This document shows, piece after piece, positions 41,504 through 50,504 of a stretch of 64,000 nt of DNA; position 1 is the stretch's first letter; each line of letters begins with the position of its first letter. The stretch is from contig OZ242186.1 in the NCBI GenBank assembly GCA_965205675.1, positions 1,216,001-1,280,000 on the forward strand. The letters run 5' to 3'. The notes beneath the pieces are model-generated. The model was not told the DNA's origin, ran no database searches, and saw only the letters and a program-made list of their open reading frames with translations. Both the position numbers and the translations under genes were made by a program. The stretch comes from Nitrosopumilus sp. (GTDB taxonomy: Archaea > Thermoproteota > Nitrososphaeria > Nitrososphaerales > Nitrosopumilaceae).

Positions 41504-42337
41504 ATGAATCGAGGATTCAACAAACCCCTAAATCAGATGACTGAAGAACTGTATGAACATTTCCGGCAATTGCGTTCACAGCTAGAAGATGATTCCACGT
41601 GTGAGTGTAATAATGATGAAACAGATGAAGACCATAAGATGAGCGATGCCCTGCTTGGTAGAAAACACGACTGCAAACATATGGATATACTTGCAGAAAA
41701 AATGATTGCAGAACTTGGACAAAGAAATGATCTTGGTAAAGAATGGCAAAATGGATACAAAAAATGCATTACCAATTTAAGATGGCTATCATCAAAACTA
41801 GCTGTAATAACTGAGGATAATTTGTCAGACCATGATTTGTTAACTGGATTAAAGAGTGAGATTTCAAAAAAATCTTATGAAATTAATAATTTTGTGTCAT
41901 CTCTGCAAAAAACAACCGAGTATGATTTCAGATACACCAAAACCCTAAATGGTAAGAACCATGTTCTGCAATGCGTAGAAATTCCAAAAATCAAAGTTAC
42001 AATATCTAAAGAAAAGGGAGATGCAGGCATCATGGCATCACAGAAATGGCTTTACAAAAAAAATAGTATGAAAGCAATCTCAGCAATACAGAAAAAATAT
42101 CCAAACTCACTTGAAGGCAAGACAATCTTGGTTTGCACACATGCAACTGATGCCACAACATTATTCCTCAAAGCAATATCTGATCTAGGTGCCAAAATAC
42201 TCTCCATTCCAAAAGGAACAGCCCATAAAGTAACTGTCACATCTAAGGAAAAATTCTCATGCCTTGTAATTGCATCTCCTCCGTTCTCATTCTGGGATCA
42301 GTTCTTTCAATTCCCAGATAAAAAACATCTAAAATAA
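41504..42337 (+). CDS. Chimeric ORF: unknown domain, SAH-hydrolase-like N-terminal fragment, cupin-like tail
   Basis: LEGKTILVCTHATDATTLFLKAISDLGAKI (AhcY-like) joined to IPKGTAHKV..CLVIASPPFSFWDQFF. Confidence 0.55.
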   Translation: MNRGFNKPLNQMTEELYEHFRQLRSQLEDDSTCECNNDETDEDHKMSDALLGRKHDCKHMDILAEKMIAELGQRNDLGKEWQNGYKKCITNLRWLSSKLAVITEDNLSDHDLLTGLKSEISKKSYEINNFVSSLQKTTEYDFRYTKTLNGKNHVLQCVEIPKIKVTISKEKGDAGIMASQKWLYKKNSMKAISAIQKKYPNSLEGKTILVCTHATDATTLFLKAISDLGAKILSIPKGTAHKVTVTSKEKFSCLVIASPPFSFWDQFFQFPDKKHLK

Positions 42338-42339
42338 CA

Positions 42340-42639
42340 TTGTCGCAACAAAAACCAATCATTTTGTTTCCAGGGGTGGAGATTCTGCCAAACTTAACAA
42401 TGGAGCGTGTAAAGGAACACCTCAAAAAATATTGTGCCATTGATACGCTAGGTAACACGATTTACATCAAAAAGATGGGAAATGACAAGACAACATTTGC
42501 AATAGAGTTTGAATCAGATGAGATATACAAAGTGAGAAAAATAAATGACGGGGACGGCAACCGTCTTAAGCAAGTCATTTTTGAAATGGATGGGTGCGAG
42601 GTGTCAGATTATAATGATTCAGATTATGAGCAACTCTAA
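42340..42639 (+). CDS. Hypothetical protein
   Basis: 99-aa ORF. Confidence 0.55.
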   Translation: MSQQKPIILFPGVEILPNLTMERVKEHLKKYCAIDTLGNTIYIKKMGNDKTTFAIEFESDEIYKVRKINDGDGNRLKQVIFEMDGCEVSDYNDSDYEQL

Positions 42640-42814
42640 ATGACACATAACAAAACCAATCGTTGAAGCTAAAAATCAATCCAGAATGTATGGAACAGAT
42701 CACAAGACCTGAGAAAACTCAGTTAAGCGCGATGGAACATTCACGGTACAAGATAGGCAACAGGCATGATGGAATGACATGCATTATTAATGGAATGAAA
42801 TTCTCAATTAAAGA

Positions 42815-43108
42815 TTATTTTTCCCAGTACTTGTCTTGCATCAAAAACACTACCAATAAAATAATAAATGCAAATCCGATTCCCATCATAACCACAGATA
42901 CCTCATACAGTTCAACATATGTCAAACTCAATAATGCAAGAATAGATGACACAGAATAGAACACAACTACTGTTAAAATATACAAACGTATGTTGCCACT
43001 CCATTTTTGTTTGACTATGTTCATCAAAGTCAACAACACCAAAGTTCCAGCAATTATTGTCGCATTGATTTGCAAAACATCTTTAATTTCAAGGATTGAC
43101 GCATCCAT
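42815..43108 (-). CDS. Small 3-TM membrane protein
   Basis: Three hydrophobic helices. Confidence 0.6.
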   Translation of the reverse strand: MDASILEIKDVLQINATIIAGTLVLLTLMNIVKQKWSGNIRLYILTVVVFYSVSSILALLSLTYVELYEVSVVMMGIGFAFIILLVVFLMQDKYWEK

Positions 43109-43129
43109 GAAAGTTGATTTGAGGTTACT

Positions 43130-43384
43130 GTGCTAAATATCATGTGTAAAAGATATACTGCAACAATTCCATTTACAAAGAAAACCGCCAAAATCGTGAT
43201 TGCTGTATTTTTAAAATTTTTGATGATTGCTGCAATATTAGACAGGATTTTAAATGGTCAGCAAAGTGGCGTTTATCAGGCTTTAGTAATATTTGGAGGT
43301 ATATCCAACGCAGTTTTTTGGCTATATCAGTTGGGTGCATGGTACGAAGAAGGAAGATTGCCAAAACTCTCATTTAAAAAATAA
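43130..43384 (+). CDS. Small 2-TM membrane protein
   Basis: Two hydrophobic helices. Confidence 0.5.
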   Translation: MLNIMCKRYTATIPFTKKTAKIVIAVFLKFLMIAAILDRILNGQQSGVYQALVIFGGISNAVFWLYQLGAWYEEGRLPKLSFKK

Positions 43385-43385
43385 G

Positions 43386-44741
43386 ATGAAGATAGAAATA
43401 TCAAAAATCAAAGTAGGAAAAAGAATCAGAGAGGACATGGGAGACATTGCAGGTCTTGCAGCAAGTATCGCAGAGAACGAACTGTTATGTCCGATACTGC
43501 TCAGAGAAGACGGCAGCGACACGTACAAAATATTGGCAGGTTGTAGAAGGCTTGATGCAGCCAAACTGTCAGGACAGAAAACAATCGAGTCAATAATCAA
43601 AAAAGAGAATGCCGACACACAATCAAAAGCTCCAAGGGGCGTCCCGTATGACGCCATAATTGAGATTGAAGAAAATGATGCAAGGAAGGACTTTACACAA
43701 AGTGAAAAGGCAAAGATTGCAGAAATAATGAGACCGCATTTCAAAAATCATACAAACCAAGGCAAACGCAGCGATTTGGAACAATTGATTTCCGACGAAT
43801 CCTCGGCAAAGACCAGGACCGAAAGCGTTGATGATAAAATTGGAAAAATCCTAAATGAAAGCGGAGAGACTGTGAGAAAAAGAACAAAGGTGTTTGAGAA
43901 TATAGATGAGGATACAAAAAAGGCGCTTGATTCAGGCAAAAAATCACTGCACTCTGCATATCAAAAGACCGTTGCCAGAGAGAACGCAGAAAAACCAACG
44001 CCCAAACTGCCTGCAGGAAAATTCAATCATATCGTAGAGGACCCTCCGTGGGACTACAAAAACAAGAACATTGGAGGTGCGGGAAAATCAGGTGCGTCAT
44101 TTCATTACAAAACAGAACCGACAAATATCATTGCCAAAATTCCAGTGCATTTGATCGCAGCAGATAACGCAGTATTATACATGTGGACCACAAATCAGTA
44201 TCTCATAACAGGTTCCATGCTGGCAAGTGAGTACTATAACATACTAAACCAGCAAAGACTGCATCAATCATGCAAAAAAATTACAAACAAAGACAAGATA
44301 AAAAAAATACAAGAGCAGGTGGAGGCAGATAACGAGTTACTATCTGATGTTTTAAAAAAACAGAGGGTACAATCTGATGCCATATCCGTAATGCACTGTC
44401 ACGGATTTGTGCCAAAGTGTATCGTAACATGGCACAAGGAGGAAAAGAAGGGCTGGGGCGGCTACTGGCTCAACAATACAACTGAGCACCTGCTAATTGG
44501 CATTAGAGGCAACGTTCCAGCGTTTGGGTTGCCTGATGAGACAATAATAAAATCAAGATATGTCCCAAAATCGCACTCTAAAAAGCCCGAAGAAGCATGG
44601 CATCTAATCGAAAGGTGTGTCAATGCAACAAGATGGAATCACAAAAAACTTGAGATGAACTGTCGTACGCCAAGAGACGGATGGCTCCCTCACGGAGATC
44701 AAATCAGCACACAAGACATCAAGAAATGGAGAACAAAGTAA
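43386..44741 (+). CDS. ParB/Srx N-terminal domain fused to an MT-A70-family adenine methyltransferase
   Basis: LAASIAENELLCPI..ILAGCRRL, EENDARKD, QGKRSDL; DPPW, LYMWTT, TEHLLIG.RG, HSKKPE; ORF track extends to 43293. Confidence 0.85.
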   Translation: MKIEISKIKVGKRIREDMGDIAGLAASIAENELLCPILLREDGSDTYKILAGCRRLDAAKLSGQKTIESIIKKENADTQSKAPRGVPYDAIIEIEENDARKDFTQSEKAKIAEIMRPHFKNHTNQGKRSDLEQLISDESSAKTRTESVDDKIGKILNESGETVRKRTKVFENIDEDTKKALDSGKKSLHSAYQKTVARENAEKPTPKLPAGKFNHIVEDPPWDYKNKNIGGAGKSGASFHYKTEPTNIIAKIPVHLIAADNAVLYMWTTNQYLITGSMLASEYYNILNQQRLHQSCKKITNKDKIKKIQEQVEADNELLSDVLKKQRVQSDAISVMHCHGFVPKCIVTWHKEEKKGWGGYWLNNTTEHLLIGIRGNVPAFGLPDETIIKSRYVPKSHSKKPEEAWHLIERCVNATRWNHKKLEMNCRTPRDGWLPHGDQISTQDIKKWRTK

Positions 44742-45037
44742 ATTGGAAACTCGAGCAGACTTTTTTTCATTTACAAGAAATTATGAAACTTGTATGCAAT
44801 TCAGAAATACCATTGCAGATAAAGTTGAGACAACAACTGAAAGTCATTCTCCAAAATATCAATGTGCAAGATACATGCACTAGCCAGACATGGGAGATGA
44901 ATCGGATTGACAAAGTTTAGAATTACATGCGATACTTGTTTTGTTTCGTGGAACACCAAAACTACCTCTCAGGCAAAACAGATAAGAACAATTCATGATG
45001 CCATACACCACGACATTCACAACATCAGGATAGTTGA

Positions 45038-45469
45038 TTGCACATGACAAAGTTGCATTGCAACATGATTCAAGACATACCTGATTGGAAGACCGCAATT
45101 AAAGTTGCAACAGATATTGTATTGGGCGTAAACCATAAAACTCATGAACCAGAATCATTCCAAGAAGTTTCTGCAATAATGGGAAAAGCGACTGAAATGT
45201 TGTTACTTTCTAAAAATGAAAAATATGGCAAAGGAAACATGCTTTCTGCTACAAAATTCAATGTTACAGTTGAGCAAGGATTGATGATAAGGGAAAATGA
45301 CAAAACAGAAAGAATACTTAATCATTTTTCAGGAATAGATCTCGGAAAAGAAGGGCTGCTAGAATCGTTTGGTGATAAAGCCGGTTACTCTGAAATCGGA
45401 ATGATGCTGCAGATGAAAACAAAGGATGGAAAATCATGGTACGAAATCCCAATAACAAAGGAGGATTAG
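45038..45469 (+). CDS. DUF1599/Nmad1-like alpha-helical nucleotide-modification-associated protein
   Basis: KNEKYG...IRENDKTERI...ES..D.AGY pattern. Confidence 0.6.
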   Translation: MHMTKLHCNMIQDIPDWKTAIKVATDIVLGVNHKTHEPESFQEVSAIMGKATEMLLLSKNEKYGKGNMLSATKFNVTVEQGLMIRENDKTERILNHFSGIDLGKEGLLESFGDKAGYSEIGMMLQMKTKDGKSWYEIPITKED

Positions 45470-45573
45470 AAAATGAGCAAGCCCCAACATGATGAATGTG
45501 CAGATGACAATCTCAGATATGACCATAACGATGAAACTTTTTAAAGATCATATCCATACAAACATCATAAACC

Positions 45574-45656
45574 CGTCAGGGATGGGATTCGAACACATGG
45601 ATCCGAGGGGACATGGTTTTTCAGACCATCGCAATACCATGTTATGCGACCCTGAC
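45574..45656 (-). tRNA. Class II (long variable arm) tRNA with anticodon GAA and a serine-like body
   Basis: GTCAGGG TC GCA TAACATGGTAT TGC G ATGGT CTGAAAA ACCAT GTCCCCTCGGATCC ATGTG TTCGAAT CCCAT CCCTGAC G; one T-stem mismatch; TATA-like TTTTATTA about 26 nt upstream. Confidence 0.85.
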
Positions 45657-46117
45657 TGAGTTTACTATTATCTTTCATTAATAAAAACATGATCGGCTCT
45701 GAGCATATGTGTAGCGGTTCTTACATGACATGATTGAGCAACCGTCAAAAGACAGCATGATAATATTTTTGGCGTACTATCTGATGAGGCAGAAAATAAA
45801 CCGCACGCCACAGAAGAAGAGCCAGATAACATATTGGCATCAGGTGCAGGGCAGTATAATTATGATGTACAGCAGATACACCGAAAACGAGACAAAAAAG
45901 ATTTTTGTGATTTTCATAAATGAGCAGAGTCGGAATTAACTCATACAAGACATAATGGCAAATTACCATCACGTAAACAGACACAAGACAAAATGTATGC
46001 TTTGCGGCAAAATGTGTCAGAACAAAAAAGAGAAGCGAAGACATACTGATGAGTGCCACCGAATAGGATAAAGCATCTAATGCTTCACACAACAGATTGT
46101 TTTCACATAAAAAATAA

Positions 46118-46411
46118 TTGTATCCGGATCAAATCAAAATTATAAAACAATTCATGCCAAAGTTTGGGTGTATTCAGAATCACATCATTAGATTTCTCAG
46201 GGAGTATAGAATAGCAGGTGTTGAAGACAGGAAATGCTCCGCAGAAATCCACGCCGTGAGAATTGGAGAGGACATATACGTGTATAACGGGAAACCGTTT
46301 GGATACAAATCCGCGTTTTGTGCTGATTTGGAATGTTTTTTGAAGAACTTGGATGAATCATCAATCACACGATACATGGAATCACTCCCAAGGAGAAAAT
46401 CCAGAAAATGA
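46118..46411 (+). CDS. Hypothetical protein
   Basis: 97-aa ORF. Confidence 0.45.
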   Translation: MYPDQIKIIKQFMPKFGCIQNHIIRFLREYRIAGVEDRKCSAEIHAVRIGEDIYVYNGKPFGYKSAFCADLECFLKNLDESSITRYMESLPRRKSRK

Positions 46412-46625
46412 ACAGGCACATTTTTTGCATCTCTAAGAATAAAACGACCGATGACCATCTCAAGGGTCTTGTTAGCAATTGTATCAAAATACAGATACGC
46501 GCAAGGTCTGTTGTATGAAATATCAGGCGCTGCAAGACAAAGGCAACTGCAAACAATCTGTTGCAACACCTCTGTATAGTGATAAAACATATAATTGCCA
46601 CAAACAATATCATACTGACTAGAAT

Positions 46626-46718
46626 ATGACTGAAAAAGAACTGAAAAACATTGAAAAGATTGGCCATGAAATTATCGATGAAAACCAAGAACTTTTTGAC
46701 ATGCTTGCAGAGTGCTGA
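46626..46718 (+). CDS. 30-aa putative Doc antitoxin
   Basis: MTEKELKNIEKIGHEIIDENQELFDMLAEC*; acidic amphipathic helix directly before doc. Confidence 0.6.
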   Translation: MTEKELKNIEKIGHEIIDENQELFDMLAEC

Positions 46719-46719
46719 A

Positions 46720-47118
46720 TTGCAACTAGACGGAATTTTAGCATTACACAAAATAATAAAGACCAGATCCCCCCTACCTGTCAGTTCAGGTAAAGTTGAT
46801 GAAGGAATATTGCAAGGCATAATACAAAAAATGAATCTCAAACTGGAAGGATGCGAAAAATATCACTCAATATTCTCAAAGTCAGCATGCATTTTAGAGG
46901 GAATATCAAGACTGCATCCATTTACTGATGGAAACAAACGGACTGCACTATTATGCGCAATATCATACTTGCAATCAAATGGAATCAGGATTAATTTGAA
47001 TACAAATGATATTTTGTATGTACAATATGTGGCATCGTGTCAGTATACAGATGAGCAGCAAATAGAGAAATTAATTGCAGAGATTGCACTGTGGCTATCC
47101 AACAAGGCAACTGCCTAA
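46720..47118 (+). CDS. doc: Doc/Fic-family toxin
   Basis: HPFTDGNKRTA; likely TTG start at 46720 (ORF track starts 46651). Confidence 0.85.
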   Translation: MQLDGILALHKIIKTRSPLPVSSGKVDEGILQGIIQKMNLKLEGCEKYHSIFSKSACILEGISRLHPFTDGNKRTALLCAISYLQSNGIRINLNTNDILYVQYVASCQYTDEQQIEKLIAEIALWLSNKATA

Positions 47119-47146
47119 AACAATTCCATCAGAATAACTAAAAATA

Positions 47147-47941
47147 ATGTCCCCTCAGACCTGTCAGTGCCTCACGCCGAAGATAATCTCAGATGATACA
47201 GCAGGTGAAATACTGTGCAAAAACTGCGGCATAGTATTAGAATCGCACACCACGGGGCACAGCGATGCAAACGAGAAAAACACCACATCAAGGCATGATT
47301 ACGGCATCGGAACCGCTCCTGCAAAAATCAAGTTTGTGCACCGCTCTTCTCGCCAAATATCACAAAGAATCACTGCACAAGAGAAGAAAACAAGAGAGCT
47401 GTTCGGAGAGGTCGGACTGATACTGCAAAAAATATCTGCCGTCGCACCAATTGCAGGGGAAGCATACGGCATCGCAAGAAAATGCATCAGGCAGCACCTG
47501 ACACGGGGACGAAGAAGGGCAGACGTGGCAGCCGCGTGTGTTACAGTAGCGTGCAAGGTCCATGGAAAAGCAATCACTGAATCAGAAATCATCAAAGTTG
47601 CCAACTCATCTAAAAAGACCACGCGCAAGATGTCTCGAATAATACTTGAGGCATTTAATCTCAACATCATGACAGTTCATCAGAGAACGATAAGACTGAC
47701 AAACAGAATCTGCTCTGACTTGGGTCTGTCGCAGAGAGTCGCGACAATGTCACTGCGATTAATGGAAAAGGCAAGGAAGAACGGGCTTGTAGCATCATCG
47801 AACCCAGGAACAGTTGCAGGAGCTGTCGTATACCTCTCATGTGAGAAAACGATCTCTCAGAGAAAAATTGCGGTTCTCTCAGGCGTCACCGATGTAAGTG
47901 TGAGAAACTTTTGCAAGAAATTACAAACCATACCTTTATGA
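47147..47941 (+). CDS. tfb: Transcription factor B (TFIIB) homologue
   Basis: Zn ribbon D...GEILCKNCGIV; cyclin repeats (RGR, AAC, SQ..IA...GVT.VSVRN). Confidence 0.85.
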   Translation: MSPQTCQCLTPKIISDDTAGEILCKNCGIVLESHTTGHSDANEKNTTSRHDYGIGTAPAKIKFVHRSSRQISQRITAQEKKTRELFGEVGLILQKISAVAPIAGEAYGIARKCIRQHLTRGRRRADVAAACVTVACKVHGKAITESEIIKVANSSKKTTRKMSRIILEAFNLNIMTVHQRTIRLTNRICSDLGLSQRVATMSLRLMEKARKNGLVASSNPGTVAGAVVYLSCEKTISQRKIAVLSGVTDVSVRNFCKKLQTIPL

Positions 47942-48780
47942 ATAATTATACAAAACAGCAGACAGTGGAAATAAAAGAAAACCCAATCACATATTCTCTA
48001 AAAGAGGTCCCAATAGATGCAGTAACAGTATGGGAGGAGGCACAGGCCCGAACCCTCAATTACACTGACATTGACTCTCTTGCACGCTCAATCAAAGAGG
48101 AAGGACTGCAGAATCCCCCAATGGTACAGAAAAACGGTACTGATTCGTATCTGCTCATGTCCGGACAGAGAAGGCTTGCAGCACTAAAGAGACTCGGTTC
48201 CAAAACCATTCCCGTACTAGTACTATCAAAGAACAGCTCTTGTGGTATAGAGGATGCAAAGGCAGCATCAATCATCGAGAACATTCACAGACAGGATATG
48301 AGTACCTCTGAGATGACATCCTCGTGCCAGTTTCTGGCAGAGAAGATTGGCAAGTCAGAAACTGCCAAAATATTGGGAATAAAACGACGTACACTAAACG
48401 AATATCTTGGATTTGGTGCGGTGCCTGAGAGCATCAAAGAGATGGTTCCTAAAGTACTATCAAAACGAGATGCGATCAGAGTCTGCAGTATAGTTGGTAC
48501 GCCATCAAGGGCAGTTGAGGTTATCCGCAATACATCAAAGTATGACCGTTCCCAAAAGAAGAGGTACCTGGATGCGTTGGAGCAACTTGGCAGCACGGCA
48601 GAACATTCAGAGATACTAAGGCTGGCAAACTCTTTTAGAGCGCGACAGAACCTGTCTGTAAAACTATCAAAGAGTCATGCCCGGGGATTATCCAAAATAT
48701 CCAAAGAAAACAACCTAGAACCAGCAGAGTTTGCACAGAAAATAGTTGCAGACTATTTGTCCAGAAAGGGTTTCAAGTAA
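47938..48780 (+). CDS. ParB/Srx-family protein
   Basis: LARSIKEEGLQNP, SGQRRL.A, ENIHR.D, HTH. Confidence 0.85.
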   Translation: MNNYTKQQTVEIKENPITYSLKEVPIDAVTVWEEAQARTLNYTDIDSLARSIKEEGLQNPPMVQKNGTDSYLLMSGQRRLAALKRLGSKTIPVLVLSKNSSCGIEDAKAASIIENIHRQDMSTSEMTSSCQFLAEKIGKSETAKILGIKRRTLNEYLGFGAVPESIKEMVPKVLSKRDAIRVCSIVGTPSRAVEVIRNTSKYDRSQKKRYLDALEQLGSTAEHSEILRLANSFRARQNLSVKLSKSHARGLSKISKENNLEPAEFAQKIVADYLSRKGFK

Positions 48781-48819
48781 TTTTACAAATAATTCCCAAA
48801 ATAATTCAAAATAGACAGA

Positions 48820-49392
48820 ATGAACATGGCGCTGGACTTTGACGGAGTGTTGTGTGACACCATACAAAAATGGATTGAGATATTTAATGCAGATTATTCT
48901 GCAAAATATGACAATTTGAAACTATCATATAATCAAGTAACAGAGTTTTATTTTTACAAGAGATATGGAATAACTGATGGCGATGCACTGCAAATATTTA
49001 CACAGTGCTGGGAATCATGGGATGAATTAACCCCGACAGAATTTTCATTGCAGCAAAAGACCAGGACACTGTCAGAACTATGCGACGGGGTAGACATCGT
49101 AACTGCAAATGTTCCTGACCCTCAAAAAGAATACCTGGAAAAGTTTTTGCAAAAATATTCAATCACATATAACGACATCATATTTGAGGAAGACAAGGAA
49201 TCTTTACACCATGATACATTCATAGATGACAGTTCCATTAATGCTCAAAAAACATACGATGCCGGAAAGTCGGTATTTCTGTATAACCAGCCATGGAATC
49301 GAGACATCAGATTACAAAGAACAAAGAAAAACCACATGACTCGGGCATACAGTCTGGACCATATCATTTGTATTTTACAAAACTATGATTGA
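48820..49392 (+). CDS. HAD 5'(3')-deoxyribonucleotidase-like protein
   Basis: DFDGVL, IVTA, FIDD, QPWN. Confidence 0.8.
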   Translation: MNMALDFDGVLCDTIQKWIEIFNADYSAKYDNLKLSYNQVTEFYFYKRYGITDGDALQIFTQCWESWDELTPTEFSLQQKTRTLSELCDGVDIVTANVPDPQKEYLEKFLQKYSITYNDIIFEEDKESLHHDTFIDDSSINAQKTYDAGKSVFLYNQPWNRDIRLQRTKKNHMTRAYSLDHIICILQNYD

Positions 49393-49660
49393 AACAGTCA
49401 TCGTTTCGCTAGTCCTGGTTTCATGTGCAATCCGTTTTTACAGAAAATCCAAACATCTTCAGGAAGATAAAGATTTTTTCAAGTCGCAATATCTGAGATT
49501 GAGAAATTATGGAATAGACGGTACGCAAGAACTTGTCAAGCAGATTCCCGCATATGAAAAATATCTCAAAGAAATCCTCAAAGGAGACAAAGAAATTCAG
49601 GAATATGCAAAATTGCTACGAGAGAAGAAAAATAGAACGTCAGATGAGAAACATGAATGA
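49385..49660 (+). CDS. Small membrane-anchored protein
   Basis: N-terminal hydrophobic helix. Confidence 0.55.
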   Translation: MIETVIVSLVLVSCAIRFYRKSKHLQEDKDFFKSQYLRLRNYGIDGTQELVKQIPAYEKYLKEILKGDKEIQEYAKLLREKKNRTSDEKHE

Positions 49661-50469
49661 CAAAAGAGATCCTTGTGGTGATATTGATCCCGTTTCTAAC
49701 TGCCGTGTTGTTTTCAAATACCCTGATCGCTGAGTTTCTAACGGATTATGAATTTTCGTTTGAACCCCTTGAAAACAACAAAACAGGAATAGTGATTTAC
49801 AACGACGGTCGATTTCAAGCAAATAATGTTCTAATCTCATTTCTTACAAATGACACTACTGAGATCGTATATGATAATTGTCCTGAAGGCACAATAATTA
49901 TGTCTGAAAATAATCAAGAGCCAACGATAATAGATATTCCCAGAATGACCCCTAGGCATTTTTGTGCATATAATTTTGAAGGCAATTTAGGTGTGCAGAA
50001 TATCCGCATTACATCAGATGACCGAATGACAGTATGGAAGAATGGCAAATCATCATACAATCCACTGTTTACGGAACTTGTGCTGGTTGGACTTTTTGTC
50101 GCATATGGAGTTTTGATACTGTATTTGATGCGACTTCCTTGGAAAGGCATTGAAAGCCTAATATGGCTAAAAATGTCTCGCAACAAATTCATTCCTTCAG
50201 AAAAAAACAATGATATTTGCAAGTTTGTAAAAAAGGAATACAGAACTACAATAAATGACAAAGATGCAGGAATTATCGAGGCAATATTTTGTGGAAAAGA
50301 CACCCCAAGACAAATCTTGGCACATACAATACTGCCTCACATGTATGTAAGATATAGATTACGACAGTTAGAAGAAAAAGATCTAATCAAAATAAACCCA
50401 ATCGCACTTGACGATACACTAAAGAAATTCCTCGAATCAGTTTCCAATTCAGATACCAAGAAAAAATAA
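49657..50469 (+). CDS. Membrane protein with extracellular domain and C-terminal wHTH-like region
   Basis: Two TM segments; VRYRLRQLEEKDLI. Confidence 0.6.
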   Translation: MTKEILVVILIPFLTAVLFSNTLIAEFLTDYEFSFEPLENNKTGIVIYNDGRFQANNVLISFLTNDTTEIVYDNCPEGTIIMSENNQEPTIIDIPRMTPRHFCAYNFEGNLGVQNIRITSDDRMTVWKNGKSSYNPLFTELVLVGLFVAYGVLILYLMRLPWKGIESLIWLKMSRNKFIPSEKNNDICKFVKKEYRTTINDKDAGIIEAIFCGKDTPRQILAHTILPHMYVRYRLRQLEEKDLIKINPIALDDTLKKFLESVSNSDTKKK

Positions 50470-50504
50470 TCACAGAAAACCAAGATTAATAATTTTACAA
50501 AACT

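Noticed and set aside
41975-42030. Similarity of VEIPKIKV..GDAG to the ParB-MT-A70 N-terminus (IEISKIKV..GDIAG)
   Set aside because: Short and A-rich; cannot be distinguished from chance by eye
45574-45656. Host tRNA serving as the element's att site, or an ordinary tRNA-Phe
   Set aside because: No duplicated half found in the window; the long variable arm and G73 do not fit a normal tRNA-Phe
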